The translations under genes and the position numbers were made by a program. Below the pieces are notes generated by a model, which worked only from the letters and a program-made list of their open reading frames with translations, searched no databases and was not told the DNA's origin. A DNA stretch of 63,607 bases, filler included, from Circinaria calcarea (lineage: Eukaryota): NCBI GenBank assembly GCA_051942165.1. It is 6 parts of 6 records of this genome, joined end to end, with 100 filler letters (N's around TTAATTAATTAA, not from the genome) between each part and the next. Parts side by side here need not be neighbours in the genome. Positions count along the whole stretch, not along the records: positions 10,635 to 21,167 come from JAVECS010000796.1; positions 21,268 to 31,789 come from JAVECS010000797.1; 4 more parts are not named here. One strand, written 5' to 3'. Shown here in pieces: positions 10,635 to 24,200 of this stretch (its first letter is position 1; every line of letters begins with the position of its first letter).

Positions 10635-11779
10635 CCCAAACGCCCTCCACCCGCTTCACCCGCACCGCCCCGGCCTCCACAATTTTCATCTCACTCGGAC
10701 TCGGGCTCGGACTCGGACTTGGAATCGGGCTCGGCGTCGGCGTTGGGGTTCCCAGCCAGACCGTGCCCCGGCTCGTCTCGTTCGCGCAGGCGTATCCCGC
10801 GCCGGCGCCTGTGCCCGTGACGTAAGGGTACGGCGGCTTGACGTTGGTTTTCGGGGTCTTGGACTTTGGGGATTTGGATTTGGAGCTGGTGGTGTAGCCG
10901 ACTCCCGGGGGCAGCTGTCCGGCGCTGACGACGACGTTGACGCGCGAGCCGTCGAGGGTGGCGATGGTGGTTGCCAAGGCCCCCACGCTCTTGAAGCGGG
11001 CGGTGACGCTGAGGATTTCTTCACCCTCGCCCGCTAGCAAGGCCGGTGCGAGAGCTGCCGGAACTGGAGCTGGAGCTGTCGGCACTGCCCCGATGGCAGT
11101 ATCGGTACTCGTCACGAGCCCCACCCCCTTGGGTAGAATCTCGCTGACTACCACTTCCACGCTCGAGCTCGCCCCTACTCCTACCCCCACTACCGTCGTT
11201 GCGAGCCCTTGGTCGAAACTCGCCGTGACGTCGAGCGTTACGGACGGCAAAGGGTCGCCGCCGGTGATGTTGAAGCGGGGGGAGTAGTTTGTGAAGGCCC
11301 GGGTAGAGGACTGGGTTATTGCCAGAGCGTAGGTGCCGGGGGCTATAATGGCGGAGGGGGTCCAGGTATAGGTTGTGTTGGGGTTGTTTTCTGTGACGAC
11401 GGTATTTAGTGTGGTGAGGAGAAGAGAGGAGAGAGATGTGAAAGAGCGGAAAGGGGAAAGGAAGAGGGGGGAAAGTACTGGTTATGAGTCTCACGGGAAT
11501 GAGGTTTGTGACAGGACCCTGGACGAGGGTTATTCTAACGGGCTATGGGTGATCAGGGCTTGTCAGTTATTGCCTTTGGGATCCGGTAAAGGGAAAGGAG
11601 AATGGATGGCGGGAAGAAGAAAGACTTACAGAACCATCACCGCTCCACGTAAGGTTGAATTGTTTCCTGACGGGCAGCGTGGGATACTCGCTATTGGTGA
11701 ATTGGACCGTCTGCGCGTGGATAGTCGCAAAGAAAAGGGTGGAAAGCGCAAGGGAGGAGAGTTTTATCAGACCAATCAT
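10635..11779 (-). CDS. Secreted Ser/Thr/Pro-rich cell-wall protein with Kre9/Knh1-like N-terminal Ig-like domain (Ser-Thr-rich GPI-anchored family); 3' end truncated by contig end
   Basis: Signal peptide MIGLIKLSSLALSTLFFATIHA. Spliced domain FNLTWSGDGS/PVRITLVQG.../YTWTPS...YALAITQ...NYSPRFNI with two GT-AG introns, followed by an S/T/P-rich tail. Confidence 0.75.
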
Positions 11780-12327
11780 GGTGACTGGATAGAAGCACAA
11801 AGGCCTTGATGAAGGAAGTCGATATGCACTCCGGGCTCGAGATCGATGGACAAAGTACTTACAATCAAAGTGCTTGACTTGTCGAGTACGTGGAGAGGTT
11901 GATACGAAAGAAAAAAGAATCGGGGCGTCTGAGAGTTTTGTTTTGTTATGCACGCGATGTATACTTGCACGAGAGAGAGAACAACAAAACCTTAATCTAA
12001 AATGAGATGATTGGCCTGATGAAAGTTTCTGGAATGCAGTCAACATTCCTGGGGAGTGGTCAAAATGTGTAAATTTTACAGGTTAGCGAGCTTCAATAAC
12101 TGGGCGACTCACTAAAGACGCGTAGTTTGGAGAGACTTTGCAAAACTGGGTGGATCTAGAACGACTTTTGCCTGCTGTACTTCTAGATGTCTAGAAATAC
12201 AAAGGGATGTAGCATCTGAGGTCCGAGTAATGCGGTTATCCAGTAATGCTGGAGATCTGCTGTATGATGTTTTAGCAACGCCTAGCGGATTCACCACTCC
12301 TAATTCCCAAGTAAAGTCCAATATCTA

Positions 12328-14916
12328 TCATGCGGAGAGACCTCTCTTCTCGCTTTCCGAGAAAAAGATGATCATTCGCCACAGCTTCTTGACCAAGACC
12401 TCAGCTTCATCATCCAAAGCCTAAACGAGAAGGTCAGCAAATCATGAACAGTATACTCAGATATAGATGGCTTACCCCTTCGAGCTGCTCCACCAGATCT
12501 TGTGGTGCGCCTCTCTTGCGAATGTGATCCTCGACCACTTCCACTAACATTTGCTCCTGCACACCAAGATACTCGACGATTTTCTTCTCCACAAACGGCT
12601 TAAGCTGTTCACTTAAAACCGTCTCATCCACGAATTCCCATTTCACCGGCCATTCCCAAAGACCGTCTTTATCCGAAGGTATGTCTGCTGCTAGTTGCCT
12701 CGCAGCTTGCGTTCTTTCTTCTTCCGTCAAGCCGGAAGCCTCTGCTGCGTTTTCGAACTTGATAGGGATGAGAGTCCTCTTTGTTGATGTGTCTGCTTCT
12801 TCTTCGTCCTCAAGAAGGCCTTCTACTTCTGCCACGGTCCTACGGTTTGAAGCGGCGGCTTGTGCTTTTTGCGCAGCGGCACCGAGGGAAAGCTTGAATC
12901 GTTGGGGTTCTCTAGGTGTGAGAGATTTCGATTCAAGCTCTACAGCTTGCCGTGCAAGGAAGTCGTCTACCATTCCACGTGCTTGGTCCTGTTGCTGTGT
13001 TTCTCTGGCCTTTTCTCGCTCTTCGGCTGCACGGTCCAAGTCATCCAAATTTGATTCTCTGGTTCGAAAAGTCGCGCGGTTACGAATCCACAAGCTTCGG
13101 TCAAGGTAGTATTCTTCGACCTTCCTACTTGCTTCAACATCGTCATTCCATTCACGAAGGCGCTTTGCAACAGCTTCCTTCTCTGCAGCACGTAATGCGT
13201 CCTCTTCTTTATCGCGAGCCTTTTCTCTCTCTACTGCAGCCGTTCGGCTTCGCTCTCGGTTCAGCCATCTTCGCTCTTGGTCTAGATAAAGTTTTTCGAG
13301 CTCAGCCTCTTTCTTTTCCTTTCGCCTTCGCTCTAGCTCTTCATCACTGGCATCGCTATCCTCATCTTCTCGATTTATCCATCCTGCACTAGCACCATTG
13401 ATCCCAGTACCGTTGACGAAAGTCACCCCCTTTTGATAATCTCTTGGGATTTGTGATCCTTGATAGCCTTTGGGTCCAGCTGGAGCATTTGGTACGCCGC
13501 GATCCCGTGGTCCAATTGGAATCCCGTTGGCGCCACCGGCCGGCCCACTTGGCGCGGTCAGAGGCGGTGAGGCAAGTCGGCTGGGGCGTGGTTGTCCAAG
13601 ATTGCGTTGTCGCTCTAAAGCTTCAATCTCTTCTTCTCTCTTCAGCCGTTCCATATCTCTCCGATTACTTCGATCCCGAAAAGCTGCGATCTCCTTAGCC
13701 ACAGTTTCACGCATTTCGGCGGGAATATCGGAGAGCTCATCATCAATAGTCAAAGGTATTGTGACAACTTCAGCATCTGGATGCTCGTCGCCATTTTGCA
13801 TGTAAAAATCGCCGTCTCGATCAATACTGGAAAGGTCGTTCTTCAGGAGAGGAATCGAGGGATTGGCCAGATCGGCCAGTACACCAGCTAAAGCGCTTCT
13901 AGCAGCGTCCAACCGTAGCTGTGCCTGAATTGGATCTTGATCTCCTCGGGAAGCCTGATATTGCTCTAGGTAGTTTAGTGAACCATCATCGATGACGACC
14001 TGCAGCAACTTGTTTAGTTGTGAATGTGCGAAAATTCTCTCCAAAGAACTTACAAGCAGCTTGCTCTTTTCAGTTTTTGCATCCTCCGCATCTTCCTCCT
14101 TCTTCACCCCATTCGCGGATTGGGGCTTGACAGGAACCTCCACATCTTTCAGCACATCAACGGCTGTAGCTAAACTTTCAGGATCTTCGTACTCTGCAAA
14201 GCCAAATCTACAAGCCTTGTTATCCGCATCCATAGCCCTTGTCCATCGCCGTAAATTCCCTGCGCAACGAAGGATACGCTCCACTCCATCGTCACCTCCT
14301 GTGCCTTCGGTAATACCACCAACGAAGATTGTTCTAACTATCTCTTCTTTGGTAGGCGGTACTAGTTGCATCATGCTTTCGCGAACAGCCTGACGTTGGG
14401 CATCCATGCTCTGCCCGGCCCCTAAACCGGGTCGTGCGGATCTTGGCTCCATGTTGCTTTCTCGTCTCCCAGAATCTGCGCCCAGTGGCGTGGTAGGCTT
14501 CATGGGACCCGAAGTCCCCAGACGTATGACAGGTGCTGAGAAATTGATGTTTGGCATGTTGGCTGGAGGTTGAAAGTTGGGAGGGAATGCTCCTGGGCGA
14601 CCAGGTTGTTGAGGATTTCCTTGCTGCATCCCTGGCGCCATAGCTACACCTGGCGCGCCCATGCCTGGAGGAACTGCGATTTGTTAGTTGGACAGGAGAT
14701 TCGATTCGTAAACTACGTACGCATGCCTGGAACTGGAGCCATCCCTGGGGGGGCACCTGGCTGACCAGGAAAAGCCCCAAACCCTGGCGGCCGGCCATAT
14801 GGGGTGTTCCCTAAAGCCTAGAGTCAGCATTTTTCAACAAGCCCATTGGAAGGAGCATTTCATGTTGTCATGTGAGGCTCTGTGGGGAGTAGGATCTTAC
14901 CTTGGTAATTGTACAT
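12328..14916 (-). CDS. SNU71: U1 snRNP-associated splicing factor Snu71/RBM25 (RRM, R/E-rich region, PWI domain)
   Basis: RRM (TIFVGGI...FGFAEYEDP), RE-rich region and PWI domain (LKPFVEKKIVEYLGVQEQMLVE...ALDDEAEVLVKKLWRMIIF). Inferred start MYNYQG at 14916; last exon ends at TGA 12328. Confidence 0.9.
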
Positions 14917-15310
14917 GGAGGCAGACACCTTGCGATTCAATGGCTAGAGTGGGTGTAGATGCTCAGCTGTTTGACAACTGTTGAACAGAACCCGCGATAG
15001 CGCAAATGAAGTGTGGAGAGATATGAGGTAGGTGAATGTGCTGAGAGAGTGTCTACATGTTAGTGAACTCTTGGGGATTAAGGTCCTGAAGATGAAGTCT
15101 ACGGACCGTAGGGCTGACAGGGTTTCACGGCCTCGAATCTATTGAGTTTTCGCGTGATAGGCACGATCTATTCTACGAGTTGGATTCCCTCGTCCTCACT
15201 ACACATGATGATATAGCGGGATCTGGCATAAGACTGCAGATTTCTCACCGCTCAGTATGTATATACAACCTCACAAGTCTCTTCACTCTGCTAATGTTAT
15301 GAAAGACATC

Positions 15311-16150
15311 ATGAAGGTCCGACGCTTGGGTGAAGCTCTGCTAAGATCACACCCATCACCACTCCTTTCTTTCCTAGCCCCATCAATCCCTCTGTCATTG
15401 TGGAGCTCCAGCGCCGCTCAGTTTCCCTCGTTTCTTGTTTCCACTCGAACTCCTGTCCGCCTACGAAACCTGGCAACAAAGTCATCGCCTTTACAGGCCT
15501 CGTCAACTGCCGCCGCGGTGTTAGAAGATGACCCGCCTGAGGATCCCAATCGTGCTCCCAGCCATGACAAACCAGAGGCCCTGTCATCCAAGGGTGATAG
15601 CGATTCGCGGATAAGTGATATACATGGCATTATCGACTCGATCGGCCCTCGCAGACGATCCGAACCCGAGAGCAATCACAGCTCATCTAGCGCGAACTCG
15701 GGGATGCGTACTTCTGCGGACACGATAAGAAGGGCGTTTGAAGGTGAATTCCCTTCTAGTAACCACCTTAAGAACCGACAAGGAGCCATTGCTGCGCAAA
15801 TGGATGGAGTGGAAGGCACGGATTCGATGATGGGACAACTTTTAAGGAGCGAAATGAATTCCCGGATAGCACTTCCACCACTACGACCTCCTGTCCGTCT
15901 GGATGCGTTCGTGGGCCGTAGCGAAGAGGTCGATCCATCGAAAGGACTGGACCTGGGCAGAGCCTTGCGCAGAATGGAGGTCAAACTTGCACTGAACAAT
16001 GTGAGATTGGACTTCCAGAGACAACGGTTCCATGAACGGGCTGGTCTGAAACGGAAACGGCTGAAGAGATTTCGATGGAGGAGAAGGTTCAAGGAAGGAT
16101 TCAAGGCCGTGGTTGCCAAAGTGCAGGATATGAGAAAGAGAGGGTGGTAA
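15311..16150 (+). CDS. MRP21: Mitochondrial small ribosomal subunit protein bS21m
   Basis: C-terminal S21 motif LGRALRRMEVKLALNNVRLDFQRQRFHERAGLKRKRLKRFRWRRRF and an Arg/Ser/Leu-rich presequence. The start could alternatively be 15257 or 15299. Confidence 0.85.
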   Translation: MKVRRLGEALLRSHPSPLLSFLAPSIPLSLWSSSAAQFPSFLVSTRTPVRLRNLATKSSPLQASSTAAAVLEDDPPEDPNRAPSHDKPEALSSKGDSDSRISDIHGIIDSIGPRRRSEPESNHSSSSANSGMRTSADTIRRAFEGEFPSSNHLKNRQGAIAAQMDGVEGTDSMMGQLLRSEMNSRIALPPLRPPVRLDAFVGRSEEVDPSKGLDLGRALRRMEVKLALNNVRLDFQRQRFHERAGLKRKRLKRFRWRRRFKEGFKAVVAKVQDMRKRGW

Positions 16151-19100
16151 ATTGGGTTGACAGATCTATCTGGACGCTTGCATTGCGAGATACAAATAGA
16201 CTCCTGTATTCATAACTATGTGGTCACCAAGCACTACTGTGCATTGCATCTGGGAGCATACCGTATCGAGATCATGCATAGACATTTTACTATGTCTGTT
16301 GAACTTTCGTATATCTGTGGATGCTAAAGCTTGGGCAGATATGATTTCAATGTACCACTACATACTGTATCGAATTTTTTGTAGTCTGGCAATGATGTGG
16401 AAGACGTTAAGCTCGCTATATACGAGAATTCCTTGACCTGTAGACCCAACTCTGATGCACATTCGCGTCTGCCTTAGCCCCCCCCGACACCTTGCTAACC
16501 ACTCTCCGCGCCTTTCTCGCAGCTGGCACCTTGAAGCTGTCACCATCCACCACCGCCACTCGTTTCTTGGGTCGGGTTACGGCTTGCAGTGAGTGTGATG
16601 GAGCATCACGTATTCCACGTCCGTGGCCATCTCCTGAGCCACTTCCAAGTTCCCGCAACCATGCCCCGTGGGTCCACACACACCTGGTCACCCAGATAGG
16701 TCTTACTACTCAAGCAGCTCAAAAGCAAGGGAACTAGATCAGTCCTCAGTCAACGTTTGTTCTAGTACAACCGAAGAAGGAAGTCCGTTTCGCAGCGCAT
16801 GACAGTACTGACGTGTTGCGGCTGCCAAGAATTGAGTTCTCGGTGTTTTGCACTTTGTGCATATCGATGTGCCAACAAGATCGCTCGTGTTGCTGGTTCT
16901 TCCATGTTGTTGATCTGGATCACCCTTTAATTCATATGTTTCTCTCTCTCCCTCACGCTATGCGGAATTGACATGTTGTCGTCGATATCGGTCCACAACT
17001 TTGGATTCTTTCCGCATTCGAAGAATGTTCAGAATCAAGCGCTTGATTCGACCGGACATTAGAACAGCGAGGGCTACTATTTCGCACTGCGGTCTCTGGC
17101 GCGCTTCTCAAAACTTGAGAAAGACTGTGATTAGACGCCTTAGGATTCTGCTCCCCTCTTTTTCGCCTTTTGACTCTGCAGCAGCACCATTACTCACAAG
17201 CTGTAATGCTTCTTCCTCATATATACCACTTCTTCGAAACCACTCTAGTTGCTACCAGGCAAGATGGGGCGATGAAGGGATTCTCGCTGGCGTCTCTTCG
17301 AACGCCTTGCGTACAGGAGTTTTCACCGATGCTCGTGCTCCTTACTCGAACAAGCTTTGCTGAGTTCTCCCCACATAAATAAGTCTCTTCTTGAGTACTG
17401 GAGTTCGACTTTCCCGACTGAATGAGCCTGATAATCGGGAACCAAAGTTGTCTTTGATTTCTGATGACGATTCTCTATGTCCGACCTGAATGGGCTTAGG
17501 GCCGAAGTCCTTATCTCAGAGGGTAAGGGGCGCTTGAGTAGCGATAAGGCTATCGGTCATCGTGTATAGTTTAGATAGAAGTCGAAGGCTGGTGGAAGCA
17601 AGCAGCGCCGTTCTCAGGTAAAGAATGCCGGTCTCTTTGATAGGAGCTGTCTGTTGATAGCGTTCTCCAGTCTAGCTGTAAGTACAACTAAAACCCCTGA
17701 ATGCAGGCTCCTGATGTCTGGCATGCTCTATCTTTAATTTAAGCCAACTTGAACGACGTCGGATTTTTCCTCTTGTCGATTACTTTTCTGTTTCAACACC
17801 GTCTTCTTCAAACCCGGCTCTCCCTCTCCTTTACTTATTCCTCCCTTACTCATCTCTGTGTAGGCTTATATCGAGACACTATGTAAGTGGTGGTTTCTCT
17901 TGCTTCTTGTATCGCTTGTACAAGTTGGCTAAACTTCTGGAAGACGTCCCTGTGAGTATTACACATTTGTGTACTGTTTAGGAGACCGAGTCAAAAGGTG
18001 CGTTCTCCCACCATAAATAAACCGTGGTCCGAAAGCCTTTCGGCTGGAGAAGCTTCTCCAAAGCTCTTGTCCCATAAATACCTCGAATATATATGCAAGT
18101 ATTTTCCTTTCCAAGGAAGCAAAGATTGGCGATTAGTATGCCATTTTCAAGAAGTATTATTCTTTCTCCAAATCGAGCACATAAGTTTCGCAATCTTTCC
18201 TTGCTCTCAACAGTTTCTCCAGGCTCCAGTATGATTGAATGCCGGTGATTATGGCGATAAGCCACCTAAATCTGTTCAGGCTGGTCCGTGAAGTACCGGA
18301 CGCCTTCCGCAAGCGACCACTCGTCGTTCTTTGGTTGCCGACGTTGCTTTTCGACTTCGGTCGTATAAACGACGATGTTTCTGTCAAACCCATAATGGTT
18401 CAACAGTGCAATGCACTAGGGAGTTGAACCATTCGCTTGAAAGCATCCTTTCCCTCCGCATGACACTCGAATGGGCAAGTCTGTCATTTTATATTCAAAC
18501 GACTGAAAAGCTGCCGAGACTCATTGTCAGTATTAACACAGGTGGTGTTTCATATAGAGTATCCGTGAGAATGGCGAAGCTGTTTGTCGAATGTCCCTTT
18601 TTCGGACCGCAGTGGTTGCGAATCACATATAACCGTATGGCTCGTTTGGGGTTCTTTACCGAAACTGCCCTGCAGATTTTGTCTCGCAGCTCTCGAACGT
18701 TTCCAATGTCCCTCTTTGTTTTGTCTTTCCATTTTCAAATGGCTTTGTTTTTGATTTCTCCGTCCTTCACTTCCTTTTTTGATCCATTTTACTTTGCTTT
18801 TCTCCTGATGCATTCTTTCTCTTGGGCTTCTCGTCGTACAAGAGTAATGACTGTCCATTGAAACCTTCTTACCAGGTTCTAACCCAATCCACAAACCCTG
18901 TCAACTTTATGACCCAATTCTCCCAACATTCTCCATCATGGCCAGTCTCTTACCCTGCTCACTATTATCCAATATATGCCTTGATCCTCCCAACTCTTTC
19001 CAACACATTCAATCGTCATTCCCTCCCATAGATCTGCCCATATCGTGACCCCAATCTTCTAACTTCCTAAAAACATAACCTTCCTGCCTCTCGGTTTATT

Positions 19101-20132
19101 AGCGAGCGTCCCCTACAGCCCAGATGGCTCGAACGTCTCTCAGCTTCTGCATCTTACGTCTATGCCGGTGCTTTACACCGCATGACTTCTGCTGCCTGTA
19201 TTATTGCGTTTTTTGTTTCGTGTATTTGAGTGCTTCGCCTGCTGCCGCTCCGCGACAGCCATAGGTTGGCAAGGAAGTTAAAACCGGTTTGCGTTGCTCG
19301 AGCGTCTTCTGATCGGGATGGTGGTTGTTGCAATGAAGGTGTCGCCAATAGTCGCAGCTTTTGTGCAGTAGTATTAGTATGCATTTGTGGGTGACTGTGA
19401 CGACTCGAGGTAGAAGACTAGGTAGGGGAGTGCATGATGGAGTTCTCAATTGACAGCAAATTGGGGCAATAGCTAAAGAATGGCGTTCCATTGCTTGAAT
19501 GATTAACAACGTGGTTTCATCCTAGCAGACATCATATGATGTAGGAGGTGGCTGTGTAGGACCCTGTCGAAATCGGTCGCTGGTTTATCAGTCGAAAGGA
19601 CTTGCTAATTCTGAATGCAGTGTGAATATCACAGAGCCAGAAGCGCTTTGTTAAGGCGGCAGGTTCGATCAGGCTGACGCCATGAGGCTGTTTGCGGTGT
19701 GGATGAGGAAGATAAGGGTGCGTATATATCTAGCAGCCACTTGATCTGCCCCGATAATCATATATACGACTGTCGGGCTAAGGAGGAGTTCGACGCGAGC
19801 CCTCGTTGGTGGTGGATGTTCGTTGATGATGAAAGAGGTAGATTTTAGGAGCTATTGTCGGCTGTTTGATCAGCCCTTCAATTCAAAGCCACCTGTGATG
19901 TGGACGAGGAAAAGGTAAGGTATTCCGTGGTTGTCCGACCTTTATCGATGGCCATGGGTACGGTTATCATGTCGAAGAGCTTCAAGATGAGTACATGGTG
20001 GTGAAAGACGTGAAAGCTATTTAATATTTTTTTTGAACGTATTTTTTTTCGGTTTGTTCCTTAAGCCGTCCATCCATTGATATATTAAATAAAATTTTTT
20101 TTTTAATTTGCCTAGTCGTGTAAACAGCTATC

Positions 20133-21167
20133 TCACGCCGCACCACCTGATTTCTCCGTGTTCGTCCTCTTCCATTTACTGAGCAAACTTAATGGGACGG
20201 AGATGCCCACGGCCCCGATAGTAATTGCGAACGTAACCTTGATACCCGCCATGTACGCAACAAGGATACCGTCCAGCTCGCCTGCCGAAAATACGTTGTG
20301 CAGCTCAGTGGCGCCGGTAGCCACGACTAAGGCCGGATTGACGCTCGGCGCGGTGCTGGGAAGCTTGTTCACGAGCTGGTTGACGAAGCCGGATTGCGCG
20401 GCTCCAATGAGAAATGCACCGCCAATAGTTTCGAAGACTGCGGGCGAGGGATACCATTAGCTTGGGATAGGGGATAAAGAGAATTGACGGCATGGTAGGA
20501 CAATGCATATGAGAACTCACATAGAATAATCGCCGTCACAGAAGCCAAGTCGCTCGGGTCAGCATTACCCTGGCCCACGATGATCGGGACTTGGAACGCG
20601 ATGCCGTATCCAAAGCCGGCAAGGATCTGAAACCCAATCCATTTGCCTGCCCCGGTGCCAATGTCGAGAGTATACAGTAGACCAGCCGCGATCGTCGCGA
20701 TCACAGAGCCGACTGGCAAGAGAGGGGTTGCAATACCCGTCTTCGAGATGCTACCGCCTGAGATAATGGTGGCAATGCTGAACGCGATGATGAGTGGCAC
20801 GTTGCGCACGCCGGAGTCAATCGGACTGACGTTGTCGATGCTCTGGAAATAAATGGGTAGATAATATAGCGGGATGAAGTACGAACCAGCGAAGAAGGCC
20901 CCCCATACGCAGTTGACCCAGACGTTCCTGTCGCGCATAAGGCGTGGTGTCAGCATGGCGCGTTCACCTTGCACTAATTCCAGAATTACAAAGGCAATTA
21001 GCATGAGAACAAAACCGACGAGTAAGCCGATGACGGTGCTGGAATTCCACGGCTTCGTTGTACCACCGTACTGAAGAGCCAGAATGAAGGAGATGGCGGC
21101 ACCCATCATGAGCGCGGTGCCTGGGGGGTCCATTTGTAGAAGCTTCTCCTGGAGCGTAGCCTCGGCC
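20133..21167 (-). CDS. MFS drug/toxin efflux transporter (DHA2, 14-TM, AflT/GliA-like), 3' part only
   Basis: MDPPGTALMMGA, YGGTTKPWNSSTVIGLLVGF, YYLPIYFQSI and WIGFQILAGFG motifs. One intron at ~20438-20520. The 5' part is lost at the contig end. Confidence 0.9.
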
Positions 21168-21267
21168 NNNNNNNNNNNNNNNNNNNNNNNNNNNNNNNNN
21201 NNNNNNNNNNNTTAATTAATTAANNNNNNNNNNNNNNNNNNNNNNNNNNNNNNNNNNNNNNNNNNNN
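21168..21267. other. Artificial contig linker
   Basis: N44-TTAATTAATTAA-N44. Confidence 0.98.
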
Positions 21268-24200
21268 TACGGGAGCCCGGCGGCGAGACCTTAAGCCTAA
21301 TATAGTAAGGCCCAGGTGGCAGGCCTACCATGCTGGCACAGAATCTGCGCCCTGGTATTGGTCAGAAGCGTTCACTAATATAACATAGCTCCGTTGTGGA
21401 AGTACAACAGAGCTACATAAAGCTAAGCCGGGGCCCTTTCCATGCAGGGTATGTATTGGTTGGGGCTAAAGTTATTCCGCGCCTAGGCTCACATTACACT
21501 AACATAACAAGTTTTGCTAAATCCCCCAAGTGAAAAACCCTCTGCACTAGCAGTGCACACTGCACCGGCTGCACCATTGGGAGCCTTGCGCAAAATCTCG
21601 ATTACAGAAATAGGGAAACTAGGGGGTTAATAAGTCTAATGCCGAGTTTGGATCCCCTACTCCTCGGTAAGGCCACTCTTACTACCGGTGTGTTCGCCTT
21701 ATAATATCGAGCTTGTTAGCGCAAACGATCTATTCTGAGGATGAAGGGTTGACACGGAAGGACTTACCGGTAGAAGGTTCTGATCTCACCAGTCTCGGTT
21801 TCTTCCCCGTGTTCGCTCTGCTGGCTGGTGATGAAATCACTGTTTGTCTCGTCACTTTCAAGACCATCGGATCTGCTGTCTATATTGATAACATCGGCAA
21901 TACGAGCTATCACACCGTCGAGCTTAAGTCAACGAAGAACTCTCGGCAATCTGAACGGCCTATGGTATGCTATTCCGAGTGCCCACACACACATAGATAG
22001 ATTCTCTCGCTATATACAGCAGAGCAGTTACACACAGCAACTAATACACGTAGTTGCACCACTCACTCTTTTCACTCATTAATCGATGCCTATTAGTGAT
22101 GCCGTAGCTTGACACGCCGTCAGTACAGTTGGTGTTAAATCTGTCTCAGATCTGGACGGGAGGGTCTGGAGAATAGAAGTTAATGATGGCTGAGCTTAGG
22201 AAGGGTGGGCTTTCGAAGGTAGAAGATATTATGGCATCCCCTTTGGCGTTGATAGTATCGAGCTTACTGATTGATAGCATTATATTAAGTGCACGATGTC
22301 AATAGTCGGGTTCGTTCATGATTGGAAAGCATTTATCTATCAACGGTAAGTCTCTACTAATCGTAAGGATTAAGGGTTGGCCAAGCTGGGCACCTACCGG
22401 GGGGGTTCCCTAGGTATGACTTGGAGTGGAGATTGTCTTAAGGGTAAGGTCTGGTTATGTGGGCGTGGGTTGGTGTGGGAGAGAACAGTGAATGATGGTG
22501 GGATTGCAGCGACACAGTAATACTCGCAGATGAATCATAATAAAACTTGTAAACGTGCACGACGAGAAAGAGCACAGGTTATGCTGTAGGGTAGATTTAC
22601 TATAGGCAATGTCTGTTGAAAATGCGTTTTTTTAGACTGCCTCTTATTTGTCCTTCTTGCAGACCTTGAAAATTTCGCCGAAGCCAAACCCGTGTAAATT
22701 CGTTACATACAGCTCTCAGAAATCACGACAACACTATAATGGGCAGAAGAAACAAACGGTAGTCCACAGTGACTGTCTGATACTTCACGCCAGGCAGCTT
22801 CGCTTCTCGCGCATTAGTTGCCACGGTGTAAATAGTATGGCTGTGGCTGATTGAATATGCTAGAGGTATTTATCCCGGGACATGTACGGAGTTCTGGATG
22901 TTCTCCCAGCTCAACGCGCCACTCCTTCCCCAATCACATAACACATAGAAGTACCCAGTAATTTTTAGGTATATTTCGGATAAGAACGCTGGGGTAATTA
23001 GCAAGACATGCGCAAAGGGTGTTCGCAAGAACTCAAAGAGGCACCCCGCGGATGACTGAGCCTGCTACCGACATTATAGTATATATTCGTAACTTCGCAG
23101 CAAGTGGTACGCATTCAATAGTAATCGGGAAAGTTATAAAATGTAGCCAAGGTCTTGGAGGTAAATCGGGATTGTATGGACGCTGTACGAAGGAAGGCGT
23201 CCTCTTATGATAAATAGCAATATCTTCTACCTCGCCAATTGTCTCACCCTTGCAAGCAATGGCCCAGCTTATTGAGATTTGGGAACATCCCGGGGGTTCG
23301 CCGTCGCGTTCAGAGAACTTTTTCTGACCTGGAGATGGCAGCAGATCGAGAGAGGCTGGTTGCTTGTTGTTGTGGTATATACCATGACTATTAGACTCCC
23401 GAATAGCCTGAATGCATATTACTATATAAGCAATTGAGTGGCTGCCTACCAACCAAGGACGGCTGGCCCAAGTCTGAACGATAGTCTCTGTACTGGAGTG
23501 CCATTCATTGAGTACGGGACGTCGGTGTGGTCAATTCAACAAACCGCCCTCGCTTCGAGAACCGAGTCCGAACTAGTGCCGTAAAAGTTGCGTTTGCAGG
23601 AGAAGTAAAGGAGGCGGAGAGATTAAGTGCGTAGGCTGAGAGTTAATAGGAAATTTAAAGAATATAAGCTGTGAGAGGGAAAAGTAACGGTGGTATTGGT
23701 GCTAATATGCGCACGGGAGGGAAAATCAGGGATAGTGAGGAGAGCGCGAAGGAGTAGATGGTGAGGGCTGACAACAAAATTGTGAAAGGGGTACGAGGGA
23801 CGAGGGATATAAGAGTAGCACCTTGTAAGGGCTCTACCCGAGAACCCCTTCGAACCCTATGGGGGAACTATCTACCGAGGTCACGAGGTAGTGGCTTGGT
23901 GAGGAAGGTTTTCTGGCGAAGCGTTACACTAGAATTCCTTAGCAATAATTCATACGCTTATGCGAACCCATTGATTACATTATCACACAATTGACCGAAC
24001 CTTATCGTAGGATCATTATATTATTCGTAGAGGATCCTTACATAAAGAGAAACATGCATGAACTTGTAGACTAAATAAATATCTTGTGTTTTTTGGGACT
24101 AGAGGTGTTCGGGCTGGGAGAATAATATGCGGCTGTATCAGTGTATTTGAACGAATGGTGGACGTCCTATTAAACCTTTTTATTGTATTAATTAAATCTG

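Noticed and set aside
16300..20000. Several 60-176 aa ORFs and splice-like signals
   Set aside because: No recognisable domain or coherent gene model. Possibly eroded coding DNA or a lncRNA, but not supportable by eye.
21268..21509. Possible LTR 3' end (…aacataaca) at the contig start
   Set aside because: Only the terminal motif and contig-end position support it, and there is no second copy in the window.
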